This document shows, piece after piece, positions 26,920 through 40,803 of a DNA stretch of 64,000 nucleotides (position 1 is its first letter; the number at the start of each line of letters is the position of its first letter). The notes under the pieces were generated by a model. That model saw only the letters and a list, made by a program, of their open reading frames with translations. It did no database searches and was not told where the DNA came from. A program made the position numbers and the translations under genes. Source of the DNA: Rhizophagus irregularis (lineage: Eukaryota); the NCBI RefSeq assembly GCF_026210795.1, contig NC_089433.1, forward strand, positions 558,001 through 622,000, read 5' to 3'.

Positions 26920-29468
26920 TTAATTTATTATATAATACCTGCCAAAAAAAAAAATTACGTAAACATACCCCTAATTTTTTTAAGTAACACATTAGTAATA
27001 GCTTTTGTAATATTCTATCACGTGATATCATCGCGACACAAAAAAAAAATGTCGGAAAAATATTAAAATTTTAATGAGGAAAATAATATTGTTTTATTCC
27101 GAGTTTCCGAGTACACTATCACTAACATTTGTCTATAAAAAAAATATTAATTTATAAAATTATTTTACATTATCTTATCATTCAAATAAACTGATGATCA
27201 GGAGCTGCGGCGTAAAGGTTAAAAGCCATATTGCTATAATATTTATAATATACAACCTGATTTACTTTATAAATCTTATAAGCGGACCTTCAAAATTTTA
27301 TGCAATATGCATAATCCAATATATCGAAGCTTATTTTTTCATCACATGATCACATGATCAATAATATCAATAATCATGAGTCATCTCTTACAGAAAAAAA
27401 AATTTTTTTACTATTGTTTTGTTTGATCATGACGCGATTTTTGGCTCTGACTATAGCAAACTCGCAAACTCCGTGGGAAAAAAAATTTTTGTATGACAAT
27501 TTTTTTTATATAAAATACCTCTCCATCCGAAATTTTTTTTTAAAAAAATATCCTTTTTTTTCCCCTCATTCTTATCATTTCCAGCATAGTAACCCATAAA
27601 AAAAAATAATGTTTCTTTTTTTTCAAAAAAAAAAGGAAAGAAGAAAGCTTGAACGAAAACTTATTTTTTTTCCATAGTAACCCATCTTCTTCGTGTTTTC
27701 TTATCATTTTTGGCATTTCAAACACTACGCGTAGGATATTTTTCAAAAAGTTTCTTTTTTAAAAATTATTTTACTTTTTATTATTTTTAACTTTATTTTG
27801 TTTATATATAAGAAACCTCACTCACACACTTTAGTGCGGTAGTAGTAACCTATCTTCTTCATAGTTTTCTTATCTCCCTTTAGGCCCTTTTTTCTTTTCG
27901 TCTCTCTTTAGGTATGTGGGTAGTGTGGGTTGGGAGTGCGGGTGGGTTGGGAGTGTGGGAGTGTGGGTTGGGAGTGGGTTTTGGAGTGGATTGGAAGTGT
28001 GGGTTTGTGTTGTGGTGTTTCATTTTGTTTTTTTTTTTTGTCATCTTTTTTTAGGTTTACCTTCTCTCTGTCTATCTCCTTTTAGGCCCTTTTTCTTTTC
28101 GTCTCTCTTTGGGTGAGTGTGGAGTGAGGGAGTGTGGGTTGGGAGTGCGGGTGGGTGTGGGAGTGTGGGTTGGGAGTGTGGAAGTGCGGGTTGGAAGTGT
28201 GGGAGTGTGGGAGTGGGTGTGGGTTTGTGTATGTGGTGTTTCATTTTATTTTTTTTTTCGTCATCTTTTTTTAGGTTTACCTTCTCTCTGTCTAGGTCTT
28301 CTCTTTATTAGATCTCCTTTTAGGCCCTTTTTCTTTTCGTCTCTCTTTAGGTATGTGGGTAGTGTGGGTTGGGAGTGCGGGTGGGTGTGGGTGTGTGGGT
28401 TGGAGTGTGGGAGTGGGTTGTGTGGGAGTGTGGATGTGTGGGTTGGGAGTGTGGGTGGGTGTGGGAGTGGAGTGTGGGAGTGTGGGTTGGGAGTGCGGGT
28501 GGGTGTGGGAGTGTGGGTTGGAGTGTGGGAGTGGGTTGTGTGGGAGTGTGGGTGTGTGGGTTGGGAGTGTGGGTGGGTGTGGGTTTGCGTATGTGGTTTT
28601 TCATTTTATTTTTTTTTCATCATCATTTTTTTAGGTTTATCTTCTCTCCATCTAGGTCTTCTCTTTCTTTCTTTATGTCTTCCTTTCATACAAATTCTGT
28701 ATTGCCCGGTACCTTATATCACCAATCCACAAGATAAGCATAAACTGATTTATTATATTTTTCTTTCTTGAACATAAACTCTGACGGTATTTTTTAGTTT
28801 ATAAGTACATGTAATTAATTTCACTATTTTATCATCTTTTTTTCTTTGCTTTACCAACATAAAAATTTAATGTTTAAATATTTGATTTTATGTATTTGAA
28901 AATAACAATATGTTTTAATACTTTTAAATTTTAAATTGAACGTCAAATTTTGTAATTACTATTTATTAATTAATACTTATAAAAAATTTGAATGAGTAAT
29001 TTTTTGGATGAAATTGGGACTTTGAAAATCTTTAATGTTTTCACTAAAAAAAAAATCAATTAGAGTTAGTAAGAAACAAAGTGTAAGGATATAAGTTAGA
29101 AATAAAAAGAAAAAGAAAAAAAGAAAAATACCTCGAGACTGAGAAAACGAACCTTGAACCTATAATAAAAATGAGATTTGACAAACAAATAAATATGACA
29201 AATCTGCCGCATGATCGAAGACCCAGGCATCTAATAAGGTGATGTTTACCAATTCCCAATATAATTTATATCATTCTAATATTATAATTATAATTTAGTA
29301 CATATTATTTTGTTAACTAATTATTACCTATATTAAATTCCTAATTATAATTATAAACAAAAAACTGCTGTATCCATCTTTAATTTACTTAGTATTACAT
29401 TATAATACTAAAATTTTCTATTTAAACAAACTCTTTGGTCCCGGTGCGGAGCAACGGGTAACTGCTAG
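26920..29468 (+). mobile_element. Non-coding Helitron-like segment with its own 3' terminus
   Basis: Hairpin CCCGgTGC-gga-GCAaCGGG (29440-29458) then CTAG (29465-29468)|T; blocks of 27280-27870 recur at ~56130-56400. Confidence 0.65.
27860..28670 (+). repeat. G/T-rich minisatellite (GTGTGGGTTGGGA-type units) in a 3-unit higher-order repeat
   Basis: Three G-rich blocks separated by repeated ttaggccctttttcttttcgtctctc linkers. Confidence 0.95.
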
Positions 29469-32079
29469 TTTATACTAAAAAAATAAATATAAAAATGAAT
29501 GATATACTGTACATATAAATTTGTCAAGTTTATTATAAATTTCATAAAGTTATAAAATGAACTTCATATTAATTTATAATATTAATGAAAATTTAATTAT
29601 GATATGATTTAAAAATAACATTTATATAAGACGTCACATCTTTTGTATGTCCATGAATAAATTGCACACGCGCACGTAATTAAACAAATAATTAATATTA
29701 TTTAAAAAATAAAAAATTATTAAATTATATTTTGTTATTTTAAAAAATTAAGGACAAGGGTATACTGTCCAGTCATTAAGGTGACCATTAAAGTGCCAAC
29801 AGATATCCTGAGTATTATCAAATGATCCGCGTCATTTATCTTGTTCAATAGAAAATTTAACGCCAAAAACAAGGTAAAAAGTAAGGTAACATTCAAAGAG
29901 AAGCCTCAATGAGCAATTGTTCTATTCCAATCGACCTCAATTAAAATTGCCACGGCTCGTATAATTGAGGGCAGAATCATATACAATATATTACATCTAA
30001 TCAATACATAATAATATTGAGAGAATTACTGCTAGAATTATTCAAAATTTACCTTCAGTAAGCGATATAAAAGCTATTATGCTAAAGATGGTTGAAATGA
30101 TTAATATGAAAAGAGGATTAGATTTCATGATGCTAACCATATAATGATATAAAAATGATACAGTGCCTGGTAAAAATTTTTTACTTCTCCTAGTAAATGA
30201 TTATATTTCTAATTATTTTTCGATTATATTCAAGATTTATTCTTGAAGTATTTATTATGTTATCCACCGTATCTTAATAAAAGTTTTAATCAATTAAACA
30301 AAAAAAAAATCCTTTAAACTCTATTAGGCCATTCTTTTTATTACTCCCGTAAAATTTAATTAAAAATACACTTCTTACTCCCAAGAAGTCAATCAAAGGA
30401 ACCTTTCATTTAATTGCTTTGAAAGGATTAATTATTTTCTGAACATCTATAGTTCTTATAGTTCATATTAAGTACTAACAATATTGTGGTTGGGAGTCAT
30501 TTATTGCCGATATACTTATAACCAGGAAATTCTAGTTCAATGAGCATTTTCAAAATATTTGTATTACAGTAAAGGCGCATAAAAATTTTATTTTAATACA
30601 ACTATAATTGAAACATTTATTATTTCAAGAAGGGATTTCAAAGAGGGATTCGGTAATACAGTATAATTGGTTCATCTAACTCATACTCGTCTCTCACCCA
30701 GAAGTTACACCTGTGGATAGGTATTGTAGCATAGCCAATCCATAGATATTATTCGCGTCCAAGTATAGGAGGAATGACGTGAGCTTTTCTATATCCTATC
30801 CATGCCTGGCTTAGGTCGGCAAGAATTCACCGAGAAAGGAATGCTTAAGGCTTTCCATTAACACTATTGAGGATTTCTTGAAGGTTTGCTGTGGCAGTAC
30901 CTTCAGAAAGAAGAACCACGTGAGCTCAACGTAATCAACATCGAAATAAGGTAGACAATGGCCGCAGCATAATAACTTTCTGAGATTACCATGCATATTT
31001 ATAAAGATCTCAAATTAGCAGCTCTGCAAGAATGCATGTTAGAAGTTATGCCAGATTGGCGTATCAATTTATTATCCATTCTTTGTTTCGTAATTCATTT
31101 TCACATGGGTACAGTATGATTTCCCGAATTCCATTTTCTCGAACTGGATCATTTCCCGAAACTTTAATTTCCCTAATATTAATATCCCGAACAGACATTT
31201 ACTGAATTTAATAAATGATAAATTACAATGACAAAAAAAATAAATTCTTTAAATATTTTCCCACGATTTTAAGTTTCTTCTAATCTTCCATTTTGGATGG
31301 GCAACATGGTGCGAATTGATTGACTATCAAAAGATTATTTGGTTACAAATTTAAATTAAATTAAAATAAATATATAATAACTGTTATTTCGTACCTCACT
31401 TTTGTTATTCGTACCCCTACGTTTTACATTGACTTTTCAACTCAGTTTTTCGATATTTTACTCATTAAATTTATTTCTTTCGTTTTGTCAGTTGAGTTGG
31501 AACATTTGTTGTAAATTTACCTTACATTTCAAAAAAACGAAATCTGCTACTTATATCACTTTCAACTCTAGATTTCATAAAAAAACATTTATTGCTTTTA
31601 ACTATTTTTATTTATGTCAAATACAAAGACACAATTTAAAGAAACATTTTTTGATAAACTTTAGCAGGACAAGAAACTGCGTCACAATTAATATGAATAC
31701 ATTCGTGTTGTTTAATTATTATTTCCTTGTCTGTTAAAGCTTTTATATCAACATAAGGAATATTTTAAATAATTCAGATTGAATATTGGATGATGATCTA
31801 ATATATTGCCAGAATGCTATTAAATATGTAATGAAAAATAATGCTATGAATAATTAAATAATAATAAATAAATCACCAAGTCACGATGGATGACTCCTCA
31901 TTATGTAGCAAGATACAGCATAAGGTATATTGATTTATCATTGCATTTTCCAATACCAATCATTACCAAATTGATTTTTTTTAGAAAAAAAGAAAAAAAA
32001 AAGTGCAATTTTGTAAATAAAAGTTATCACACTATATACAATGCATTTAGTACATACATTATAATAATGCTTTACATCC

Positions 32080-32255
32080 CATATAAGTTAAAAGGATAAA
32101 ATATATATATTGTAATAAACAAATAAATTACATAATTTTTGCATTCCGTTCAACCTCGCGAAAACCCACGCCTTACCGAATCCTCCAGTTTTAAACCTAC
32201 CACTTACGAAACTCCAGAATTAATTATCAAATTTGTGTTAGAGTAATTTTGCACT
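32080..32255 (+). repeat. Dispersed ~170-bp repeat; second copy 48813-48965
   Basis: Shared gcgaaaacccacgccttaccgaatcctcc...gaaactccagaattaattatcaaat. Confidence 0.85.
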
Positions 32256-32864
32256 TTCTCAGCCATAGAACTCTCCATGAACGGAAAATATGGGAATTAT
32301 GGATTACATGGCGAATCCGCGAATGGTATTCCGTAGGATAAGCCAGTCATGTGAGATCGATCATCTGAAATGCGCAGTAGTATTATATCGGACCGAGATT
32401 TTTCTGAAATCTTTTTAAGATTCTACGCCAAAATCACAAACACAACAATTGACATCAGTTACTAAAATCAAATCATCATCAGTTATTAACAAAGCTGTGC
32501 TAAAAAGAACCATGAAAACAAGAAGCAATGATGACGAGGAAGACGAAGAAGAGGATGACGATGAAGAACAAGATTTGGGTAATTACAATATTCTCGAGAT
32601 TTCTTAGAAAATATAACTTATAATCTTTTTTAAATAGATTCTATACCAAAATCAAAAACACGATCATTGTTAAAATGATCGTCAAAGACACCAATTACCC
32701 AAGAAAGACTATCACAAGACAAAAGAATATTATTAGCAATTTATTAGCAATCAAAAAAGGGGAAAGGAAATGTCAGTAAAAAATAATTGAATTTTTGTTA
32801 CATTTAAATTTTGCTTATTTTGATATTATATTTTATAAATAAATCAAATTTATCCACATTATTT

Positions 32865-33205
32865 TGAAAATGTCATTAAATTGTTATTAAACTGTCTTTG
32901 AGAATGATACATTTACATTAAATTGTCACTAAATTGTCTTTGAGAATGCTATATTTACACTCAATTGTCCAAAATTGGCAAAACCGTCAGTTGTCATGAA
33001 TTGTTACTGAATTGTCTTTAAAAATGCTACGTTTACAATTAATTGTCAAAACCATCGTCACTAAATGTTACTAATTGTCATTGAGAATGTTACATTTACA
33101 CTCAGTTGTCCAAAATTGTTAAAACTATTATACTAAATTATCTTTGAGAATGTTACGTTTGCATTCAATTGTTAAAATTTCACTAAATTATTACTCAATT
33201 GTCTT
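32865..33205 (+). repeat. Degenerate tandem repeat (about 5 units)
   Basis: Recurring aattgtctttgagaatg.tac.tttaca.t.aattgtc. Confidence 0.8.
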
Positions 33206-34967
33206 ATTATCTGTTATTATCTAAAAATTATTCAAAATTTAGCTAACATTTTCCCGTTAAATTTTGGTTAAACGGTGTCAAAGTACCACAATTTACTTAA
33301 TGAAGAATGCTCTGTTTTTCCAAAATTTGATGGAAAAAAATGCAAAATTTACCAGAATTTTCCGGTAAATGGGAGCACTTGACCGTGCATACTTGCCAGA
33401 TAGCATTCCTTCATATTTATGTATATAACATCTTCAACTTGATAAATAGGCGCATTCTATCATATGCTTGCTTATGTTATCTTGCATACCAGCTGGCATT
33501 GAATGCCAATCATTAATTTCATTGGCAAGTCTACTTCTGGCATGATTTATGCCGAAACTTGTTATAAATCAACTACTTTAAGCGATTCTAGGGATTCCTG
33601 CTTTCTTTATTAATTATTTCTTCTTGACACTGCCAGTCTATTGCATCTTTAAATAATTCCTTACATGCTTTGATAATTTCTAGGTGCCTCATTAATGTAC
33701 GACCATCCTCTATCTAGAACAAACCGTGCTATTGATTGTATTTCCTCTAATGTTTCACCTTCACCGAGTCAAAGTTCAATAATACATGCTGCTTTTGGAC
33801 TTTGAAGAGCTTTATTAATAGCTTTCCACCATTTTCATTATAATACTCTACTTTAGAAATTGATGAAATTTTTAGGTAGATCCACATGGATTAGTTGTGG
33901 AATTCCATATATCCTACCGATCCATGCCAAAAATACCACGTGTTTTGTCACAGGGTATTTGAAAAAATATTCAATATTTCAATGTGGATTTATTTCCATG
34001 TGGAAAAATTTCCTGATGATTTCTGGGAAGCGCATGGCCATTACCATCTCTATTTCTTATACGAACGTGATCGATATTTTCCGCTATTAAAAATAGATCC
34101 ATGAGTAAAATTAGAAAAAATACTATAGCGACCTATTACACTATTTGATTCTTCTATGTCCTGAACTCAAGCACCGGGTTGGCGCATTCTTTTTTCCCAT
34201 ACATTTATTTGTTGCTGACATATACTGGTGAAGCCGTTGCACTTTCAAAATACTCTATTACCCGCTGAGCCACACAGTTAAGTGTTCCATCTTTCATAGG
34301 CATCAACCGATTGCTGTCTGGCTCTCACTGAATGTGACACTATACTCAAGTGACAAATAACACGACGAAGACGGGCCAAACACGTGATTCAGAGTGGCCG
34401 AGATGCTATTCGTCACCTGAGTATCAGGTCATACCCCTGTCCCCTTATGCTGCACACCGCCAAATGTCACCGTCTACACTACAACTTTCCGTCACACCTT
34501 AACGAGTGCATTTGCAAAAGATCATCATACATTCCATGCATTTATCTGCAGAGGTATTGTATCATTATGCATTCAGAGCGTTGTATCATTTCAGTTTTTT
34601 TTAAAAGAAACTCCGAGACTTTTAACTTTTAACCTGTCCTTTTTTATAAAAGTTAATGGGGTCAACATTACAGAAGATTTCCCAAAAATAAAAGACGCTA
34701 TCTACTGAAGAAAAACATACTTATAGTGATATATTATCGCTGTTTTCAATATCTTAGAATATTGAAAACAGCGACAAATAATTTAAAATAAACAAAATCG
34801 TTTAATTTATCTAAATTTATCTCACATTTTTTGTCTCTTGTTTTTTATTTTTATTTTACTGTTTATATGTGTTATTTCGCTATTTTCAATAACGCATTTT
34901 TTACGTTTGCATTTTTTATTTTTACTGTATATACTGTTACCACATTATCATTGTACAGTATATTAAA

Positions 34968-35336
34968 ATGAGTTTACCAAGTGAAATTGCAAGAAAAATA
35001 TATGCTTATGTTAAAAGTATTGAAGTTAAAAAAGAAGAAATTCATGAAGAAAAAATGGCAATTGAAGAAGATGAAAAACATTTAGAAACTATGAAGAAGG
35101 CAGTTAACGAATTACGATTAAAGATAAATCGACAAAAAGAAAGAATACATGTAGTCAGTGAAGAAATAAAAGGGATTGAAAATAATATTTCTGGACAATT
35201 ACAAAGTTTGAAAGAAATTAAAGAAGAACATGAAAAAGGAATGGTATCACCAAAATATAGATATGTTGAACAAGAAAATGCGGCAACAGTCTATGAAAGG
35301 GTGTTGGATTCTCTCAGGGAAAAAGGAATAATATAA
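34968..35336 (+). CDS. Small coiled-coil hypothetical protein (122 aa)
   Basis: Clean ATG..TAA ORF with E/K-rich heptad pattern. Confidence 0.6.
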   Translation: MSLPSEIARKIYAYVKSIEVKKEEIHEEKMAIEEDEKHLETMKKAVNELRLKINRQKERIHVVSEEIKGIENNISGQLQSLKEIKEEHEKGMVSPKYRYVEQENAATVYERVLDSLREKGII

Positions 35337-35989
35337 CGATAACATATATACAAAAAACTAATATTATTGGAAATACTGGAGGGATAACGTTACGAGGGAA
35401 TCGTAAGGAAATAATTAAACAGAAGTATAAAAATTTTAAGATATAAATTACAATTATAATAAAACGGAGGAAACCGTAAATTAATATATTATAGTAATTT
35501 TTTATAAATATAGGACTTATTATTTTATGTAAAGGATATTTTTGATAAAGGATACACGGTTTTTATCGAACATACACTCAATGTACCTTACATAAACTAA
35601 GGGATGAAAACCCTACTGAAAGACAAGTTTCAAACCCACCTTAATAAAAAATTGTTGTTTCTCTAATCATAATTACTGTATTACTTCGCTGTTTTCAATA
35701 ACAGGGTTATTGAAAATAGCGATAAATAATTTATTACAATTATATTTTAGATTCCTTTTATTTTTTTCCTGATTTAACTTTAAGATTTTATACAATTAAA
35801 TATATATATGTAAGATATATATGTATTTATATAATAATTTCATATTGCATCCTTTTATTATATTCCATATCAAATCCTATATTTTTATATTACAATTTAG
35901 ATTATATATTATTTTCATTATTTACTCACTGTTCACATAATCGATTTTAATATTTTCACGTTACGTTACTGATTATTACGACTAAGTAC

Positions 35990-37258
35990 TATTTATATTA
36001 CCAGAGAACTAGAGTCATTTTTAAAGTCGCAGAAAATTCGTATTTTTGATTCTCAAATCTTTAAGAATCCCACTGAGATTGGCTCCGGAGGATTCTCTTT
36101 TGTTTATGTTGCATATTGGAAGAATACAACAGCAAAGTATGCGATTAAAAAATTTAAAGAAACTTCTAAGGAAGGAGACATTATTAATAAAGTATGTAAC
36201 TGATATGTCATTAGTTAACTTTTTCGACATCATTATTTATATAGATATTAATTCTTTGTTTTGTTCTAGATTAAGATTATGGCAAGAGCTTCTTATCATC
36301 AATATATAATTCGATTTTTTGGGGTTACGAAATTACAAGGCAAAATAAATAATTATAATAGATACTTTATTATGAGCGTATCGTTTACATACTTTTTATT
36401 TTAGACGAAAAAAAATATTCACTCGTTTTAGAATATGCAGACGGTGGAACACTAAGAGATCATTTAAGAAACAATATTATTGTATGGAAGAACCAATTAA
36501 GATTTGCCAAAGAAATCACGAGTGCCATTTTATGGTTACATGATGATGAGGGAATCATACACGGTGATCTTGTAAGTATTTTCTTATTATTTAACAGAAC
36601 TAAGTAGTTCATTATATTATTTATGTAATTAACGAATTCTTTTTTTAGCATCCCAATAATATCTTAATACATCAAAATACGATTAAATTGGCAGATTTCG
36701 GTCGTTCATCTGAAAAAGGATCAGATTGTTATAATACTGAAGAAGTATGGGGTGTAATGCCTTATGTGGATCCTAAAGTGTTTGATCGAAAAACTCCATC
36801 AAAGATTAACGAGAAATCTGATATATATAATTTGGATTTTTATTCTGGGAGTTAACTAGCTGCACGCCACCTTTTGATGGTCTTGATGATGATGAACAAA
36901 TTATATGTAAAATACTAAGTGGTGGGAGAGAAGAACCTGTTCTGGACACGAATGTTAAATTTATTGAACTTTATCAAAGTACTATAAAATTAATTGCTTC
37001 GCAATTAATCCTTTGGTACTAATACAATTTTATTTATTTTGTCGCAATCTAATTTTATCCGTTTGAATAGAATGTTGGGAATACGAACCAGATGAACGAC
37101 CAAATATTTCCCAAGTAAATTCAGAACTTAATAGTATTGATTCTGAAAACAATAACGCATCTACTGTTCCTTATTCTAAAGAAAGTGAAGAAAGTAAAAA
37201 AACGAAGTTTGTATATTCTTGTCAAATTGATTTAAACGAGATTTGTCTACAAAATTAG
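35990..37258 (+). pseudogene. Multi-exon TKL-like protein kinase with frameshift near 36835
   Basis: GSGGFSFVY, AIKK, LVLEYADGGTL, IIHGDL|HPNNIL, ADFG, PYVDP, SDIY, WELTS, CWEYEPDERP; introns between motifs; start codon not found. Confidence 0.88.
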
Positions 37259-38829
37259 TATGCCCTTTTTTAGATTTTTCGCTATCATCATAGCAACTGT
37301 TTTCCTGTTCAAATAGAGTGCTTTTTTTTTATTTTTATTTTTTTATCTTAACTATATGAACATTTATTTCCTTCTATATCAAAATAAAAGCTAGATTTTT
37401 TATTACATAATACACTGATTGTGCGGTTATTATACAACTTTATTCGCAATTCATAAAAAGTGCACAATGTTTTTTGCATTTGTGGTAGTTATGGTAGAAC
37501 CGTAGAAGATAAACTATAAAGTACGAATCGTATATCTCAGTAAACGTCTGTGTGATGTTATTTTTGTACGGACTCGTAACAAAAATAAATCAAACAGATT
37601 ATGAAATATCCACAGCAGGAATATACTTCATCTTTTTACTGAGCCGCACATCACGTTATTTTTCTTCCGATTTACGAGACGTGATGACTTAAGGTCACTT
37701 TCTAGCTTTGATGATTATCTAGTCGAATTTTATGACTATGTTGATATCTGCCTTTCATATACCCTGAGAGTATTATACGTTGGAAAAACTTTGACTTAAT
37801 CAAAACTACGAACTTTAAATAGGCACTTCAAGCAACAAATACAATAAATAATTCCTTATTACTAAAGAAATTACAGATCCGTCAACATGATATCAAATGA
37901 TGAGTGATACCTATTACAAAATAATATGTATTATCAAATACAAAGCAACACGATAGATCCATTTACGAGAGCATAATGCAGGTCAAACTAAGTTAATGCC
38001 GGCCGTAGTTAAACCAATATCGACTTAAACTCCGGTATACGTAATATCGTATACCGGTTGCTTCTTTTACGCATTGAAGAACTTCAGACCTTTAACTAAA
38101 AAATAGAGTTAAATTTTTTAAAAAATATTGCGAAATTGTTTTTTACTTTTATCTATGAATGTAAAAAATTCGGTATTTTTCACTAATTGTAACAAGTAAC
38201 GAATAATAAATTGCAAATATAAAATCAGAACAATAAAATTATTACCATATTGCAAATTATTTAATAATTATAAACAAATCAAAAAATTTTCCATAGTTTA
38301 TTTTTTATAAAGTCAAGCATTTTGTTAAATCACTTATATTTTTTACAAGGTGAAGCAATCGCGTCTTTTTATTTTTTAATTAACGTTATTACTAGAATAT
38401 ACTATGCTATTGTAACCATGCAGTTAATGTCGCTATGGAATGGTTTATTGGAATTAAGAAAATATAAAGTATAAAGTTAAAAGCGTAGCGATCGGTAATT
38501 TTTATGACGTGACTCTTGAAACTCTCATTCTTTTACATGCTCAAAAATGTCCTTTAACTTACTTATTAATGTTAAATCTTGTCAAAAAAGAGTTCATAAA
38601 TCAATTCTTTACAAAAAAAAAAATAATTTCTTTTTAGAATGATAAACACTAGAACTTTTTATTTTATCGGAAATATATTGATAGATACTGTAACTTTTTT
38701 TTTAATATTTAAATCGATGATTAAAAGAATAAAGAATATTTATTAACCTATCCAAACGTGCAAAATTGGAAGCATTTTGTTGAATGTCCACAGCCGCGTT
38801 ATATAAATATACATCAGGAATTAGTAGTC

Positions 38830-40780
38830 ATAACTCGGTCAAATTCATAGTTCCGACCGTTTTGACAAGAATTACGACAGTAGTCACAGTACAGTGATAA
38901 ATCTACAAAATTTTCGTATAGTGACTATTTGAGTGATTTGACCCGAGTTTGTCCGAGTAAATATTCCAAGATATAAAGTATGATGAAGTTTTTAAAATGA
39001 GATTTTTTTTTCAAACTAATCAAAAAACGTATTACTTTTGGGTGCAAATTATATTATTTAGGTACTTCATTTATAAACTAAAAAAAGAAAGAATTGAAAA
39101 TTCGATCCATCAGTCCTGCAACAATTTATAATTCATAAAGGTAATGTTTTTTAGGTTTATACTATCGTAATATTCAGAACTCTCAAACCCTGCTTTTTTG
39201 TAATTGTTCAGTTAGTAGATATAAATCTGAAACGCTAATAATGCTAATTCAATTGGATATTTATTTAGCGGTTAGATAAATAATTTCTGTCGTCAATCAA
39301 ATAAGTATCTGTTTGTAAGTAAAATACCTGTTTAATAAAATAAATATCTGTTGCTAGTCAAATATGTATCTGTCGTTAATCAAGTAAATATCTTGTCTCA
39401 AATAAAGTAAATACCTGTCTCTAATCAAATAAATATCTGTTTCAATTACATAAATATCTGTCTCAAATAAATACCTTTTATGCTTGTTTTATAAATAGAG
39501 ATCTGAAAATTAACTGACTGTGAATTTAGCCGATAACGTGCAACATAACTTTTTGTATCACCGAAAAGTGTTAGTTTGTGAGATGCTGCTAGCTTTAATT
39601 TTTGGCGGCGAACACGTAATCCACTTTTTTTCGCAGGTCTATACAGTATAGTACATAGTTTTTTTTTCAGTCGATTCTATTTTTTCTGCAACAGGAGGGC
39701 GAATGGATTTAGGTGTTTACCTCATCGATTGTGTTCTAGCTATACGACTTATTTTATACTAGAATTCGCCCAAATATATTTTACAATCCCAGGGATTATA
39801 AATTTTGTTTTCAAGGCTAAAGCCCGACTTACTGAATTCCTGTTATATGATCACTTAGAATGTATTACAGCCCTCCTCACTAATCAGGATCACTAATTTG
39901 TTTTCTCGCCTATTTGCGCCTTCCTGATTATTTCCTGCTACAATATCTTGAATTCTTTTTTTATGATTCCGGCGCCTCTCACTCATTAGGAAAGCTAATT
40001 TGTTTATTATCCAGCTAACAATTTCTAATTATAATCCAGGAAGGGTAAATAGATTAGATGTTTACGGTTCCGCGCTTAGAGAATGCCTTCTTTTCCATCT
40101 CTCTGTATCATGATTATCATAGCGTACAGTCATTCTGTGAGAATTTCTCCTATGCTCAGCAATTTGAGTATCATTGTGCTGAGTTGGCTTAATAATCGAA
40201 AGGCAAATTTTTCTTACAATAATGTGGTAATTCGCGCCTGCCTCTACTGAGCTATTCGTTGACAATTCCCATATGCATCTCCCTCATTATTATACAGTAT
40301 GTCAGGATAGCCAAATCCGCTCTCCCTGAGATTCATTTAATAACCGCTGTATCCATAAATTCTGATTTCAGCTATCCCTTAATTGTTGTCTAAGAACTTC
40401 TATATACTCGCCCATTTTCAGCATTTAATTTGATAGTAGTCTCTAACTTCATTTATTGCTACGGCTCGTCACATTTATCCTGTCGCACAGACTTGCTGTG
40501 GATCAGCTATTACATCATTGCACAGAAATTCGTGTGAACTGATGAATCACCACTCCGACCATTGCATAAGCGAACGTCTCTGCACTAAATCTTAATTGTT
40601 AATATCTAACTACTAAGAATTTTATTTAATGCGGAAATGGGGTCGGGATTAAAAACTACCATAAACCACTGGAGTCTTTATCAGCCGATCGGCAAATCAG
40701 GAATGTGGCTTTCGGACTTATAATCTGCCGTATCCGAGATTTAATTGAGCTACACCCAATTTTAAATTAAGATTTGTGAA
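38830..40780 (-). repeat. Inverted copy of ~51600-54740 (upstream of BTB genes); part recurs at ~60290-62110
   Basis: ORFs 40062-40265 and 53250-53504 are paralogous; 40681-40745 equals reverse complement of 51624-51688. Confidence 0.85.
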
Positions 40781-40803
40781 ATTCTTTTTACTTTTATTTA
40801 AAA

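Noticed and set aside
27191..27230. Hammerhead ribozyme core (CTGATGA)
   Set aside because: No matching GAAA or supporting stems.
27916..28771. G/V/W/C-rich and P/T/H-rich ORFs
   Set aside because: Translations of the GT minisatellite.
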